Below are positions 1-11,718 of a stretch of DNA of 64,000 nucleotides, piece after piece. Under the pieces are notes generated by a model. It made no database searches. It saw only the letters and a program-made list of their open reading frames with translations, and was not told the origin of the DNA. Position numbers and translations under genes: made by a program. The DNA is taken from the NCBI GenBank assembly GCA_010093815.1, contig ML996575.1. The stretch is one strand, 5' to 3'. Positions within the stretch are counted from its first letter, which is position 1. Every line of letters begins with the position of its first letter. This stretch comes from Pseudovirgaria hyperparasitica. Taxonomy: Eukaryota.

Positions 1-514
1 GGTCGCCCGGCTTCGCGTTCAGATGCAAGACAGGAGGGGCCTTCTTTTTGCTTGCCGGTGTCTTCTTGCCTTTGTGCTCAGGAACGCCAGAGGAGCCTTT
101 TCGCTTGCCATTCTTAGGAGCTGGCGTGCTTACCGGGGCTGTATCTAGTCAGTGACCACTCAGGCTGAGCGCGTATAACGCGTCGCAATTGCTTGGACAG
201 AGCGCGCATTACCGGGTGTAGCCGATCCGGTATCAGCATTATCTTGAGTTACGTCCTGCTTGGTAGCAGTGCCATTGGTATCACCGGTGGTGGCTACTTC
301 TGCGACAATTAGATTTGTCGAAACTATGCTGCGCTGATTCGCAAGACCCACCTTCAGCGACACCAGCATCTTCCTTCGACTCAATTGCCTCAGTCGTTGT
401 TGTAGTATCGGCAGCAGGGGCGCTCGCAGTTGTGTCTAGGTCAGCAGAACGCGTTGCCGTCTCCTCTGGCTTGGCGTCTGCGACAGGTGATTGTGCAGGT
501 GCGTCGTCGGACAT
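1..514 (-). CDS. 5' part of a probable PWWP-domain chromatin protein (runs off the window)
   Basis: ATG at 514 (MSDDAPAQSPVADAK...). Two introns (GTGGGT..CTAAT..GCAG at ~351-300; GTAATG..CTGACTAG at ~211-146) join to DTAPVSTPAPKNGKRKGSSGVPEHKGKKTPASKKKAPPVLHLNAKPGD, which resembles the segment preceding the PWWP domain in fungal PWWP proteins. The domain itself is outside the window. Confidence 0.65.
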
Positions 515-3136
515 TGTAAGGTGAGGGCGACAACGTGTGAGAACGTTGGGAAGATGTGCGGGTCGCTGATATGAGAGCCGACGCGTGTGGGATCGAGCGC
601 GACGCGAAGGTTACGTGTAGAGACGTAAAAGAAGGTGGACTTGACGTGGAACGATGGTTGGGATGAAGTTGTCGATGAGAGGTGATGCGGGTGATGGATG
701 GACGGAAGAACGGGGTGAGGTTGGTGTAGGAGGTTGAGAGAAAGCAAAGAACCACCTTAAGATTTGAACGCCGGCAGCAAGAGCTCGGTGGTGGGGATCA
801 CGTGATTTGGTACGTCGGGTTGTTGATGCGCCACGCCAGTCCTCGGCTCGAGAAACGGCGGACCAGGCAAACAGACGAGTTTGCAGAGGCGATTGCTCTC
901 GTATGGACGCAGTGAGATACGGACTCAACAATCTGGTCTTGCAATCCGGATGCTCATTGTTCTGCTGGGGAGGAATTTGCGTGCGTGGTCCAGGTGGTGT
1001 GTCCCGCTCGATCGGGGATCGCGCAACATCAGCAGCGCATTCGGCCGCCACCGCCCCGGGGCATCCAGCTCCTCATCGAAACCTGAACAAGCCCCTCATT
1101 CCTCGTCGCGATCAGTGCGTCTCATTCGAACAGACGACGACAAGGGTTTTGCGTTGTCGTCGTGTCGCATCATCTCTGCGAAACAAACCATCCCAAGCTC
1201 GAGGGCTTCTCTACGTCCTCTACTGCTGGCTTCTGAGCGACAATGTCATCTAGCCGAGTCGTTCGCTGTAAACCAGAACCACATTCTCCAGTTCCAGGCT
1301 CTTAGCTCGTAGCTGAGGAGCTTTACAGGTTCATACGTGCTCTGAGCTTTTCGAATCGAAACTGTAACGTGTAAATATTGGCGAGATCGCAATGATTCTA
1401 ATCACTCAGTAAATAACTTCAGGTGCAACTTGGATTACTGATGAACTATCACATCACCCGAGACGAGCAACGTCTATTTCGGTCGAGATAATTCGATTGA
1501 GAAGATGATCAAGCGTGCCTGCGTGTGTTAGTTGCAGTACTAGCGTAGGCTCAGAATTACTTACTAGCTACATTAACATACTGGTCCTGGACCCTATTAA
1601 CGTCTCGCCTCAAGACAGTCATCGTCCTAGCACCCTGACGCCCTTGACGCCCTTCAATATGCGCGGAAACTGCTTGAGTATCTCGAGCAGGTCCAGCATC
1701 ATATACACCTGCCGAGATAGGGCTATATCCGAAGGCAAGGTTATGGCACAGGAAGGATCGCCGACCATGTAATATCATAACTCAGCGAGATGTCCACTTT
1801 TAAGGTTTCTAGAATAGATACTCAAGTACGCCACCAGAGATGAATCTTCTCTAGCATAAGACGTGGACCGTTGGATCCAGTCACGCCACAGTTGCGTAAG
1901 ACACTTCACCAGAGGTACGAGATCACACCGAATCATCAATATAGTCCTGCCCTTGACCTTGTATACATTGACCTTGTATATACAAGGTCGTCAGAGATTC
2001 ACTAGTCGCGTTGTCGTGGGTGTAGATCAATGGTATCTTTAGCGGACCACGCCGAAGCACTTTCGCCATGTCAAGCTATGTGTTTATTTCCCATGCTCTT
2101 TCTGACGTCTTAAGCATATAGCATCACTCTTCCCCTGTCGAGTATGGGTTGCAAGCAGTGAGAACTTCGGGGATTGGCCGAATTGTCATGCCACCTGTAC
2201 CCATCGCGATGTTGCCGTGAGCGGTCCTGTTCGAACGAATACGAAGGATGTCCAGAACATTATGTCCCAGTATATACACTTGGCTCTTGTAAATTGTGGA
2301 CTGGAAAGAGGCCCTGGAAGTCTGTGTTTGTAAAGGAGCTGGTTCTCAAGTCCGACGTCAAATCGATAGAGTGAGGTGGACGGCTACGCAATCGGGAGAA
2401 ATGGCTCTAGAAATAACTCGGTTCATTCCGTAAATCTGGCTTCAAAGGACGTTGGATCTATTCCGATGATGGAAGTACTGTCTGGGCCGCTTCCCTACAG
2501 AAAAGTGATGCATGCGTCGCCCGCGGTTGAGGTTCGACGAGCGCCAAGAGATCGTTTAGTCAATCTAATCTGTGAATCACGTGCCATGGCCCTTGAAACA
2601 GTATTTCAGTCAATGACTTATAGAAGACCAGAATCTTTGATGCAGCGTTGCTACGAGATCAAAATCAGTACCCAGCGCATAGCCACTCTACTGCAAAACA
2701 ACCAGCTATGAGCCAATAATGCACAAGTCTTTTATCAACAGAACACGACCAAAACATTAGGCAGGAAGCACTATTCAAAGGTAATGCTCTATACCTCGAC
2801 AGTAGATACGACGAATCACGGGAATGCATCACGCGGAGAATTGGTTATATTAAGCGTGTATTTCCTACAATACGTGGCGGTGATCTTCGATACCTGGACA
2901 GAGAATTGTGTCCAATAACGTCTGGGATATTTCTCAGACTGATGTAAGCAATAACACGATGGACTAAACCGGTGTTTGCCTGGGTGGCAAGTACGTGAGC
3001 TATAAGGCTACTCAAGTTAAACCCCGTGGAAGCTGGGAAAGAGTCAGCGGTGATGTAGGATGGAAATTATGGGTCGATACGAAGGTCAGTGCGACAGAAG
3101 GGCCAAAGAAAGTAGCTTCAGCTTTGCTCAATCGTT

Positions 3137-4934
3137 TCATGCCGGGTTTCCTCTCATTGCGGTTTCGTCCTGACTCGCTCGTCTGAGCGCCATAAGCTTT
3201 TGTTTTAGAAATTTCTCTCTGAGTTCAGAACTTGTAAGTGTTGTCGTGGACTTGCTCTATGGAGAGGATCAGTAAACCTGGATCACTTCCTATCACAGAG
3301 GGGAAAGGAGGTCAAGAGGATGAGTTACGGATATTGGGAATGTGCGCTAGAAATACATGGTGTGGATGGGATACAAGTCATGAAGAGTGTAGCTATGCGG
3401 ATGCTTTATGGTAAGCTCGGGACTATTCACCCACCTCTTCCGGACTGTCGATGTCCATCTTGTCAGCTGATAGAGTTGTTGATTTTGTCTTCTCCATTGG
3501 GGATCTGCGGTCAATTTCAGGAGACACTGTTGGTCGATGTCGCTTCGACATGGGCTCATAACGTTCCACGGAGGGTCTTCTTTTGCGAAGCGCAGGTGAC
3601 ACTTGAGAGTGATTGGGACTTCTGCTTCGGCTTCGCGACGGGCCATGTCTGCGTGCTTCTCTTGTCTTGTCCTTTCGAACATCAGCTCGGAACCTTCTAG
3701 AATTGTCATCACTTAGGGAGGGAGATCTCCTGCGTCTGTTCCTATTCTTTGTGCGATTGCGAGATGGCGATCGAGAACGTGAAGACCGCCGGTTTCGTGA
3801 GATCGAGCGACTTCTGCGGCGAGGAGCTCGTCGGGGAGATCTGTCACGACTGGAGTATGATCGAGAACGATCTCTTCTTGCTACCTTTCTTCTGGGTGAA
3901 CGTGAGCGGGATCTAGCGCTTGGGGTCAAGGATCTTCTCTCATCTCGACCACGACTACCGCCGGGCGACTTAGATGTGTGTTTCTGCTTTCTGCGGCTCT
4001 GTGGTCTATGGCGGGGTGGGCTCCGAGAACGGGATGTAGAGATGGAGCGAGACACGCTCGGAGATCGTCGTCTCTGCCTTGGGCGTGGTGAAGCCGACCG
4101 TGACCGGCCCGAGGACGGTGAGCGAGGGCGGCGTCGAGGATCGAACCGATTTCCTCGGCCAGAAGGAGCATAAGTATCAGCTTCACGGCGCATGAAGCCA
4201 CGGTCTTGGGAGCCTCTGCGACGTCGAGGAGGAGATCTTGAGAACCTGCGACGATCGAAGTCTCTGCCCGGTCCACCGCGATGACTAGCTCTACCACGAC
4301 CACGACCTCGCTCGCCGCGTTCTCTTTGCCTAACGGAATCCAGGTCTCGCTCGCGATTGCGATCGTCCTCTCTACGCTTCCGCGTCTCTTCTGCGACTTT
4401 CTCTTGGCGGATCTGCAGTGAAACTCAACACGGCTCTCTACAATGTATGGAGGCTAATACTTTTTCCTGAATCATTTCTAGTTTCTTCGCTTCAAGTAGC
4501 TCTTTCGGGACGCCCTGGGGACTGCTTTGCGCACTTATGCACATCTGCCACAGCTCTTTGCAGAATGTTGCGACTTCACGATCCAAGAAACCAGTGAGCT
4601 GGATCTGTATTTCTTTGATTTTTGGCTGTTGTGAAGTCAGGTTATGTGCTAGAATGCAAAGGCGGTTTTGACCTACGAATGGTGATGGCGTTTTAGTTGG
4701 ATCCAACAGGTTACAAACAAGCTCGACCAAGACCTCGTCTTCCTGTTTGAGGATGTCCTGAATCTTACCGCCAATCCATCTGTGGTGCTTGTTAGCACAT
4801 TACACGCGTTACTAGTGACAGAGCACATACTTCTTCATGACATCGAGATTGACCTTGCGCATGTCCACCTTCTCGTCAAACTCAGGCGGGAACTTGGTCC
4901 GCTTGAGGAGCTTCTGGTCTACCGTAAGCGCCAT
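3137..4934 (-). CDS. PWI-domain, RS-rich splicing coactivator (SRm160/SRRM1-like)
   Basis: Starts MALTVDQKLLKRTKFPPEFDEKVDMRKVNLDVMKK, then PWI core (KIKEIQIQLTGFL..FCKELW..SAQSSPQGVPKELLEAKKLE) and a long RS/RSRS region (3423-4193 ORF). After intron 3257-3434 a final exon reads SKSTTTLTSSELREKFLKQKLMALRRASQDETAMRGNPA*. Several short GT-AG introns. Confidence 0.9.
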
Positions 4935-5632
4935 GGTGGTCGATTGAAGGTAGGAAGCGAAGAGGTGAGCTTGACAGCAACTTAGCAAGTCGGGCGTGGG
5001 TGAGGTGTTCGACCGGGATGATGTCGGTCGCGCCGATTGTTTGTGAGCTAGATTGCGCTTAGCCTTATCAGGAACTAGCGGCTAATTACCACACCCGCAA
5101 CTATACTTTGGAATTCACTTGCACTCAAGGTACCTTGCAGTTCACTTGCACTCTAGCGGTGAGACTTCGCCGTCAGTGAGATAGACTCAAATCAAGGAAG
5201 TCACGAGGAACTCAAAGTATGTCGAGTTATCAATTAGTGTCAAGCCACGTGCAACACAGACAGTAGATGGCGTACATGACCTCCTCATTAGGCTGACTGC
5301 GGAGATACGTGCAACTATCTAGCTTCGAGATGGAATGTGGATATTAGAAATTAAAACACACCGCCGGGAGGAGCTGTGGGCAAGCGTAGAAGTAACGATG
5401 GTGGTATCTCATCACAGCCGGTAAGAGCTGTGTACATGTCCTGATATCTGCTCAGCCTTCGTGTGCTGTATCGTCTTTCTACAACATCCCAACTCGTGGC
5501 TTGTTGACACATCCATCAAGTCTACTTTACAGTTTGCATCTCTATTCATCCGCTGTCCATCGTGCTCGGGGTCATTCTTTGTCACTGAGCCTTCTGCCTT
5601 ATTCTTCCGAGTCCCTCTTAGCGTTTTCGACC

Positions 5633-6829
5633 ATGTCTGATGTAAAGGTCACTGTTGGCGGTGTCACCATCTTGGTAGACCCCAGCAGTCAGACGTTGCG
5701 TACAATCAGTGAGTATCAGGGCCGCGTTGAAATGGTGCCTGCAGTACCACTAACGTATAACCATCAAAGACGTAGATGGGGCCGCTGGTAAGAGATTATC
5801 GATAATCCAAACAGCTTCGCAAGGAGTCTAACCCATCGGTAGATGGAACAGATGCTCCTGTCGGGTCTGAAGTCGTCACTGAGCCTGCCAAAGAGGTGAT
5901 AGAGGATGACCAAGTAATGCTCGAATCGACCAGGGACAAGACCGCCGATACTGTTGAAGAAATCAAGGATGTGACCGGTACCACCGACGAGAAGCCTGTT
6001 GACGCATCTAAGGAAGTTGTGGATGAAGTCAAGGAAGTGTTCGAGGCCACGAAAGAGAAGGTTGCGGAGGTCGTTGAAGCAATCAAGGAAAAGATTGAGG
6101 ATGTCCTTGGAGAGGCGGAAAAGCAGACCCCCAACACCGCAGATGATGTCAAGAACACTGCAGAGAAAGACAAAATTGACACTGGGGCCGTAGCTACCTC
6201 TGAAACTGCTGATGAGTTCAAGGATGCAGAGGAGCCACAGTCGGTACGACGATCGTCTGTTTTCAAGGAGGTTGAGACTGGGACCAATCCAGGCAAGTCG
6301 CTCCCTCCACTGACGATGCTTTGAGGCGTGTCTTGTATACACCCAAGTGCGGGCTGCCAGGTGTCATTTCTGACGTGTTGGGATGTGACACGCGTTTGAG
6401 GATGACATGACTGCTATCTGTTATGGCTGTCCTAGCTGACGTACTACAGAGGGTACCGCAGTGGTCGAGATCTCGGAGATTCCGACTGCGGAAGAGTCTG
6501 CGGCTGGTGCTGAGCCAGTCCGAACGCTTGAGACCGTACCGGTCGATGATGCCTCAACTTTGAACGAGGGCGCTCAGAGTGCCATAAACCGCAAGTCCAC
6601 TTCCGTCACTTTTGACAAATCTGTGTCCGAAGTCACCGTCCCTGTGAAGAAGGCTGGTCGAAAGATCGATAAGGCACGAGCAAAAATACCCAATGGTATC
6701 TGGAAGCTTATCCTGGGAAGCTCTCTTGTCGATGTGGTGAAAACAAAGCTTCTTGAGCTTGCTGCGAATCCGGCATCTCCTCCACCGTTGCCTCAAGGCG
6801 ATGAAGTTGAGAACGTGACTGTAAAATAG
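5633..6829 (+). CDS. Orphan acidic E/K/V/T-rich protein, 4 exons (5633-5708, 5770-5787, 5843-6292, 6450-6829)
   Basis: Splicing GTGAGT..CTAAC..AAG, GTAAGA..CTAAC..TAG and GCAAGT..CTGAC..CAG joins the 5501, 5896 and 6461 ORFs in frame. Contains an amphipathic repeat-like stretch KEVVDEVKEVFEATKEKVAEVVEAIKEKIEDVL. Confidence 0.7.
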
Positions 6830-7075
6830 GAGCGCGAGAACAACCCACAACCCGCTCGCATTCCCGCGACACACTTCCGAGCTACTTCGTCATTGTATCC
6901 CCTATGACTCTTGTCTTTAATGCCTGGTCCTAGGGCCAGCGCGCATCCATAGTCCTAGAACCTACTTTTCGTTCCTAGCCCTGTCACTGCGCAGGTCTAT
7001 GCTGTTCTCTTGTGTGTCATTATCATGAAGCATAGATCATATGCAGATGCCAATGCGCCCCGAACTATCATTCAT

Positions 7076-7167
7076 ATGTATCCAAGACGTAACCTGAAAT
7101 GTATCCAAGACGTAACCTGAAATGTATCCAAGACGTAACCTGAAATGTATCCAAGACGTAACCTGAA
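7076..7167. repeat. Perfect tandem repeat, 23 bp x4 (ATGTATCCAAGACGTAACCTGAA)
   Basis: Read directly. Lies between the convergent 3' ends of two genes. Confidence 0.95.
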
Positions 7168-7211
7168 AAATGTGGTCGGCTCATGAGGCTGCCAGACCTC
7201 CTCTTGCTTCG

Positions 7212-8681
7212 TCATCTTTTCTTCGTTCGCCGTGTGTTGTCTCTCTTGGACCTCCGCTCCTGCAGTCTTTGCATATTCGCCTTGGCTCGTATGACTTCAT
7301 TGTGATCATCTCCTACGCAGATCAGCGCGAGTTTGTGATACTGCTCCCACAGGAGACACGCCGATTCTGCGTCATCTGCACATTTCTCCTGTATCAGTGC
7401 CCCTGTGGTCAGCCTGTCAAAATCGTTTATTAGCCAGAAATCACTACGTCTCCCTGCCTGGATGACTTACATATCACCCAACTGGCTCATACTCAGATAT
7501 CCCTCCACGACTGCGTCCTCCATGACTTCGATCAACTTCGTCTGAATGGAAGGCAAGCGCTCGTCGTCCTTCATTGTCCGGTGATTGGTCTTCAACTCCT
7601 GAAAGAAGCCACGAATATCTGCCCAGCGCCCCTTCATCCGATGCCTGCGGCGATCGGAGGCTGACCAAACTGGCGATTTCGGCAACTGTCTAGCAGGTTT
7701 CCGACCTCTCGAGGGTGCGCTGGCACCCTTTCCCGGTACTCTCTTGTTGGCCTCCACTACGCCAATGCTCTCACATCCGATGGCATGCACCGCCGCCATC
7801 GACCCCGACTCCTCACACAGCTCACACGCACACTCGAAGCCCCACTCCCTCATGTGCTCCCTCCGCTCCTCACTCAGCCTAATCTCACCACCGCCGTAAT
7901 CGACCGTCACTTCCACGCCCGCCCCCAGATCACACATTGCATGCACCGTCCCGCGTGCAATGCGGTCGTTGAAGGCCGGGAAGCTGTTCGGCCGACACGA
8001 GTGATTGATCATGCTGATCTCCGCATACAGAATCTGGCAAACCACCGTATCGTCTTCGTCGTATGCCGCGTCTGCCACGTCTGCCGCGCCCGACCGCTGT
8101 CGGTCGTGCTGGTACGCGTTCAGGTTGAACTTGGAGATCACGCCGGGCCAGCCGGCGTGTCCTGCCAGTCTGTCGAGCTGGGCTTTGCGGGGCGCGGGGA
8201 GGGCACGGTACCGGGCTTTTATGGCTGCCGTGCGTGCTTTCTGCTTCGTGCTCCCGCTGTATTGGATCAGGGGAGTCTCGGAGAGGAGGCGGGTGCCGGC
8301 GCGGATCGGCTTGCGGGTGTAGACGGCACGCCCTTTGGAGGGGTGGGTGCGTTCTTCGAGGAGGTCGTTTATGACACGTGATGGTGGGGATGGAGTGGTG
8401 GTAGGGGCGATTATGGGGGTTTCGGGACGGGATAGGGGTCTTGGTGCGGCGGGTTTCTTGGTTATACGGCTGCTCCTGGGGTTGGAGCGCGTGGATGGGG
8501 GTTCCATGGGTTGTTGGGGGTGGTGATGGGCGGGGGGGAGATGTGGTGATGATGTTGATTGTGATCGCGTTACTGGTCGGGTTGACAGTGCTGTTTGTGA
8601 ACGCGTTGTTCGACGGGTGGACAATGTCGGAGATGTAGACTTTGCACGACCTGCGTGCGTAGTCCTTCTCGTAGCTGCCAT
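7212..8681 (-). CDS. SET-domain (SMYD/Set5-like) lysine methyltransferase-family protein
   Basis: KGRAVYTRKPIRAGTRLLSETP, SMINHSCRPN, EVTVDY and post-SET WGFECACELC. Probable start MAATRR at 8681. Intron GTAAGT(~7470)..CTAAT..CAG leads to a last exon (MLTTGALIQEK...ICVGDDHNEV...KKR*) ending at 7212. Confidence 0.85.
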
Positions 8682-9279
8682 GTTGATGATGTGTCTTGAA
8701 GGAGTCTTTACGAGAGATGAGAGGAGACAATCAAGGTATGCACACGGATCATAAAGATGCAGACAGGAGGTCCAGATGTAGAAGACGTAGAAGTAGGGTG
8801 GAGGGAACGTGAATGGCGTCGTCACCCTATTCAGGAAAGTGACAGTGCACACTGTTTGACAGGAAAAATTTTCAGTGATAAGGACCTTGTTTCGGTTTTC
8901 TATTGTTCACTATGTCAGTCACCCCTGAGCAACAATATGTTCGGTGCCTTGACAATAGCGAGATTTCCTATTTGCTATAGACTACTAGTACGTGAGATGA
9001 ATATAGCTATCTGTAATAATACTTCTCGATTTCTATTGTAGACTAGATGGATCGGTGTTTCGAAGCTGGTGGTCAATAGCTGTTTACATCCACGACAGGG
9101 GATTCCAAGCACTTCTACAGCAGTCAGGGGTCCAAGAGCTGGTTACGTCTACGACAGAGGTTCTCGAGCACTTTGACAGCAGTTAGGGGTTCAATCGCGC
9201 AATCCCATGATCTCTCGTATTCTTTCATAGAAATAATCTATTTCAAAAATTATAATCACTCAAGTAAAACATACATCGT

Positions 9280-11042
9280 TCAGCGCACTGTCGTGAACCC
9301 AACCAGCGAGGGCAGCACCGCCCTGATCTCCTCATGGTAGCGCCCTACACCACCAGCGTAATTGACCTGTTCAAATTTCTTTCCCGGCATTGAGCCGCCC
9401 ATGTACGTTGATCGCGTCGTGGGCAGCAGCGTCATATTGCTGAGCTCGTTGATATGGTCCTTCCACTTCTTGCTAGCCTCCTGGGTCGCGTCGATATACT
9501 TCACCCCTTCGCGCGTGATGAGCTCGATTGTGTCTTTGATCCACCTGCCTTGTATCTCGATGCTTGAGGGCCCATTGCTGATCAGCGTCGGACCGTGTGA
9601 ACTGTAGAGGTGGAACATGTTTGGGTAGCCGCTTATGGTGGTTCCGAGGTAGGTGTAGGCGCCTTCTTTCCATTCTTCTTGGAGGGTTGATCCATGGATA
9701 CTAGGGAGAACCTTGGTCAGTATCATACCATATATCACGAAAACCGTCCTTCTCACCTCTTCAGTCCCATGCTAGTCAAGCCGCCAGAGACAATATCAAA
9801 GCCTGTAGCAAGCGCAACCACATCGAACTCATGCTCACGACCATCCGTCGTCCTGATCCCCTTCTCAGTAAACTCAGCAATACCAACGCCATTCTTCTCC
9901 GAAATATCCACAATCTCGACATTGTCCTTGTCCAGGACTTCGTAGTAGTTCTGCTCGAGACAGGGCCGCTTGACACCAAAGTGATGCGGCGGATCCAGCG
10001 GACAAAGCAGATCTCGTTTCGCCGGATCCGTGATGCGAGGGCGCTGCTTCTTGGCCCAGAAATCGTACGAGGCCCGATTGGCTGCCGGGTCGAACAGGTG
10101 GTCCTTGAAGTTGGCGAGCCAGAAGTGGAACCCTTTGCGCTCCCAGACTTGCTCGTGGAGGCGCTCCCGCTCCTCGTCGCTGACCTCGAACGTGCTCTTC
10201 TCGAGGAAGTCGTAGTGGAAGCCGGCGAAGCAGCGCTCGCGGTAGGCGAAGATTTCGGGATAGAATCGCTTGGACGCGTCTTGCTCGGCGGCGGAAAGGG
10301 TGCGCTTGCCCATGGGAAGGGCGAGGTTGGGTGTTCGTTGGAAGACGGACATGTGCTTCACTTGGGACGAGCCCCATTCTTGAGCAATCTGTACGCCGGA
10401 CGCGCCTGTGCCGATGATGGCGACTCGCTTGTCTGTTACATCGACACCCTCATTAGGCCAGAACGAGGAGTGGTGCATAACCCCCTTGAAGTTCTCCAGG
10501 CCTTTGAAGTCAGGTATATATCTCTTTGCGGCAAAGCCTGCGGCGACAATGAAGAACTTTGCCTTGCATGAGCGACCATCAGCAGTCTTGACTGCCCATT
10601 TACCTTCCTCGGTATCAAACTCAGCCGATGTCACCACCGTGCGAAAGGCACAGTCTTTGCTCAGGTCAAGTGTTTTGTCAACATGATCAAAGTACGCTTG
10701 TAGGTCATGGTAGTCGGGGTAGTTTGTTGGCCAAGTCCACGTCTTCCAAACCTCAGGAATGGAGAGCTCGTATAGGGGCACTTCGGAGTCGACACAGGCC
10801 CCTGGATACACATTCCAGCGCCAGGTGCCTCCGAAGCTAGTACCGGCATCGTAGAGGACCGTCTTGAATCCAGCCTTGCGCATCTCGTACAGGAGGTATG
10901 TGCCCCCAAAGCCGGCTCCTACGATCAAGACATCTAGATCGAGATTGTCGGCATAGGGTCCATCTGTACGGAGACGAGTACCATATTCGTGAAGATGTCG
11001 CTTCAGGGGCGTCTCTCCGTGCTCAGACCCGTTTGTAGCCAT
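9280..11042 (-). CDS. Baeyer-Villiger monooxygenase (cyclohexanone/cyclopentanone monooxygenase family)
   Basis: GAGFGG FAD motif, GGTWRWNVYPG, BVMO fingerprint FKGVMHHSSFWP, GTGASG NADPH motif and ATGF. One intron, 9701-9756. Start MATNGS at 11042. Confidence 0.93.
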
Positions 11043-11571
11043 GTTTCTTGTGTTTGCGTCAATGGCAAGTGAAGCAAAGAGTTGATGAGCTCTTCGACTT
11101 ATAATGTGATACAATGAGGGGAAAATGCAAGAGTGACCTTATCGATCCAATCCCCGTCCGCTGTCATGAGTGGAGGGGATGGATGCTTGCCTGCTTACTT
11201 GTGATGCGCATGATGAGCTTGGTTCACACTCGCACACATGTATGGTACGCCGCAATTTCCAATTATCCGGAGAGTACGTTTGGTACAAGTAGTCAGCTTG
11301 TGTATCTTGGCTTAGACTAAGTATTTGGTCTTTGTCTGCCGTGCTGGTCTAAAGGGGCTTAAGGCAGTAGTTCGCAAGCTTGCAGTCGTTGGCGTGAACA
11401 GCGAATATCGCGTAGCCTCGCAGTCACACAAATGCATGTCCACGACGCAACTTTTGCGGGGTCACTGTGAATCCATGAAGTCCGCATCTTGGCATGGTGT
11501 TACCAAGTGTAATGCTGCAAGGGTAGCATGTAGACCTGACTCGAGTATTCTGTTCGAGTGAATGGTGTGCA

Positions 11572-11718
11572 AAGACGAGATCTTAGGGCGTCAAGACGAG
11601 ATCTTAGGGCGTCAAGACGAGATCTTAGGGCGTCAAGACGAGATCTTAGGGCGTCAAGACGAGATCTTAGGGCGTCAAGACGAGATCTTAGGGCGTCAAG
11701 ACGAGATCTTAGGGCTCC
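11572..11718. repeat. Tandem repeat, 21 bp x~7 (AAGACGAGATCTTAGGGCGTC)
   Basis: Read directly. Six perfect copies plus one slightly diverged terminal copy. Confidence 0.95.

Noticed and set aside
1610..1890. Possible minus-strand pseudogene (DWIQRSTSY...GHLAEL*YYMVGD...LDLLEILKQFPRILKG)
   Set aside because: A ~90-codon frame with one stop but no recognisable family, start or splice structure. Cannot be supported without a search.
3613..4173. 186-aa plus-strand R/D/L-rich ORF
   Set aside because: Antisense shadow of the RS domain of the PWI gene.
7076..11718. 21-23 bp repeat arrays as CRISPR-like arrays
   Set aside because: The units are contiguous with no spacers, there are no cas genes, and the context is eukaryotic.
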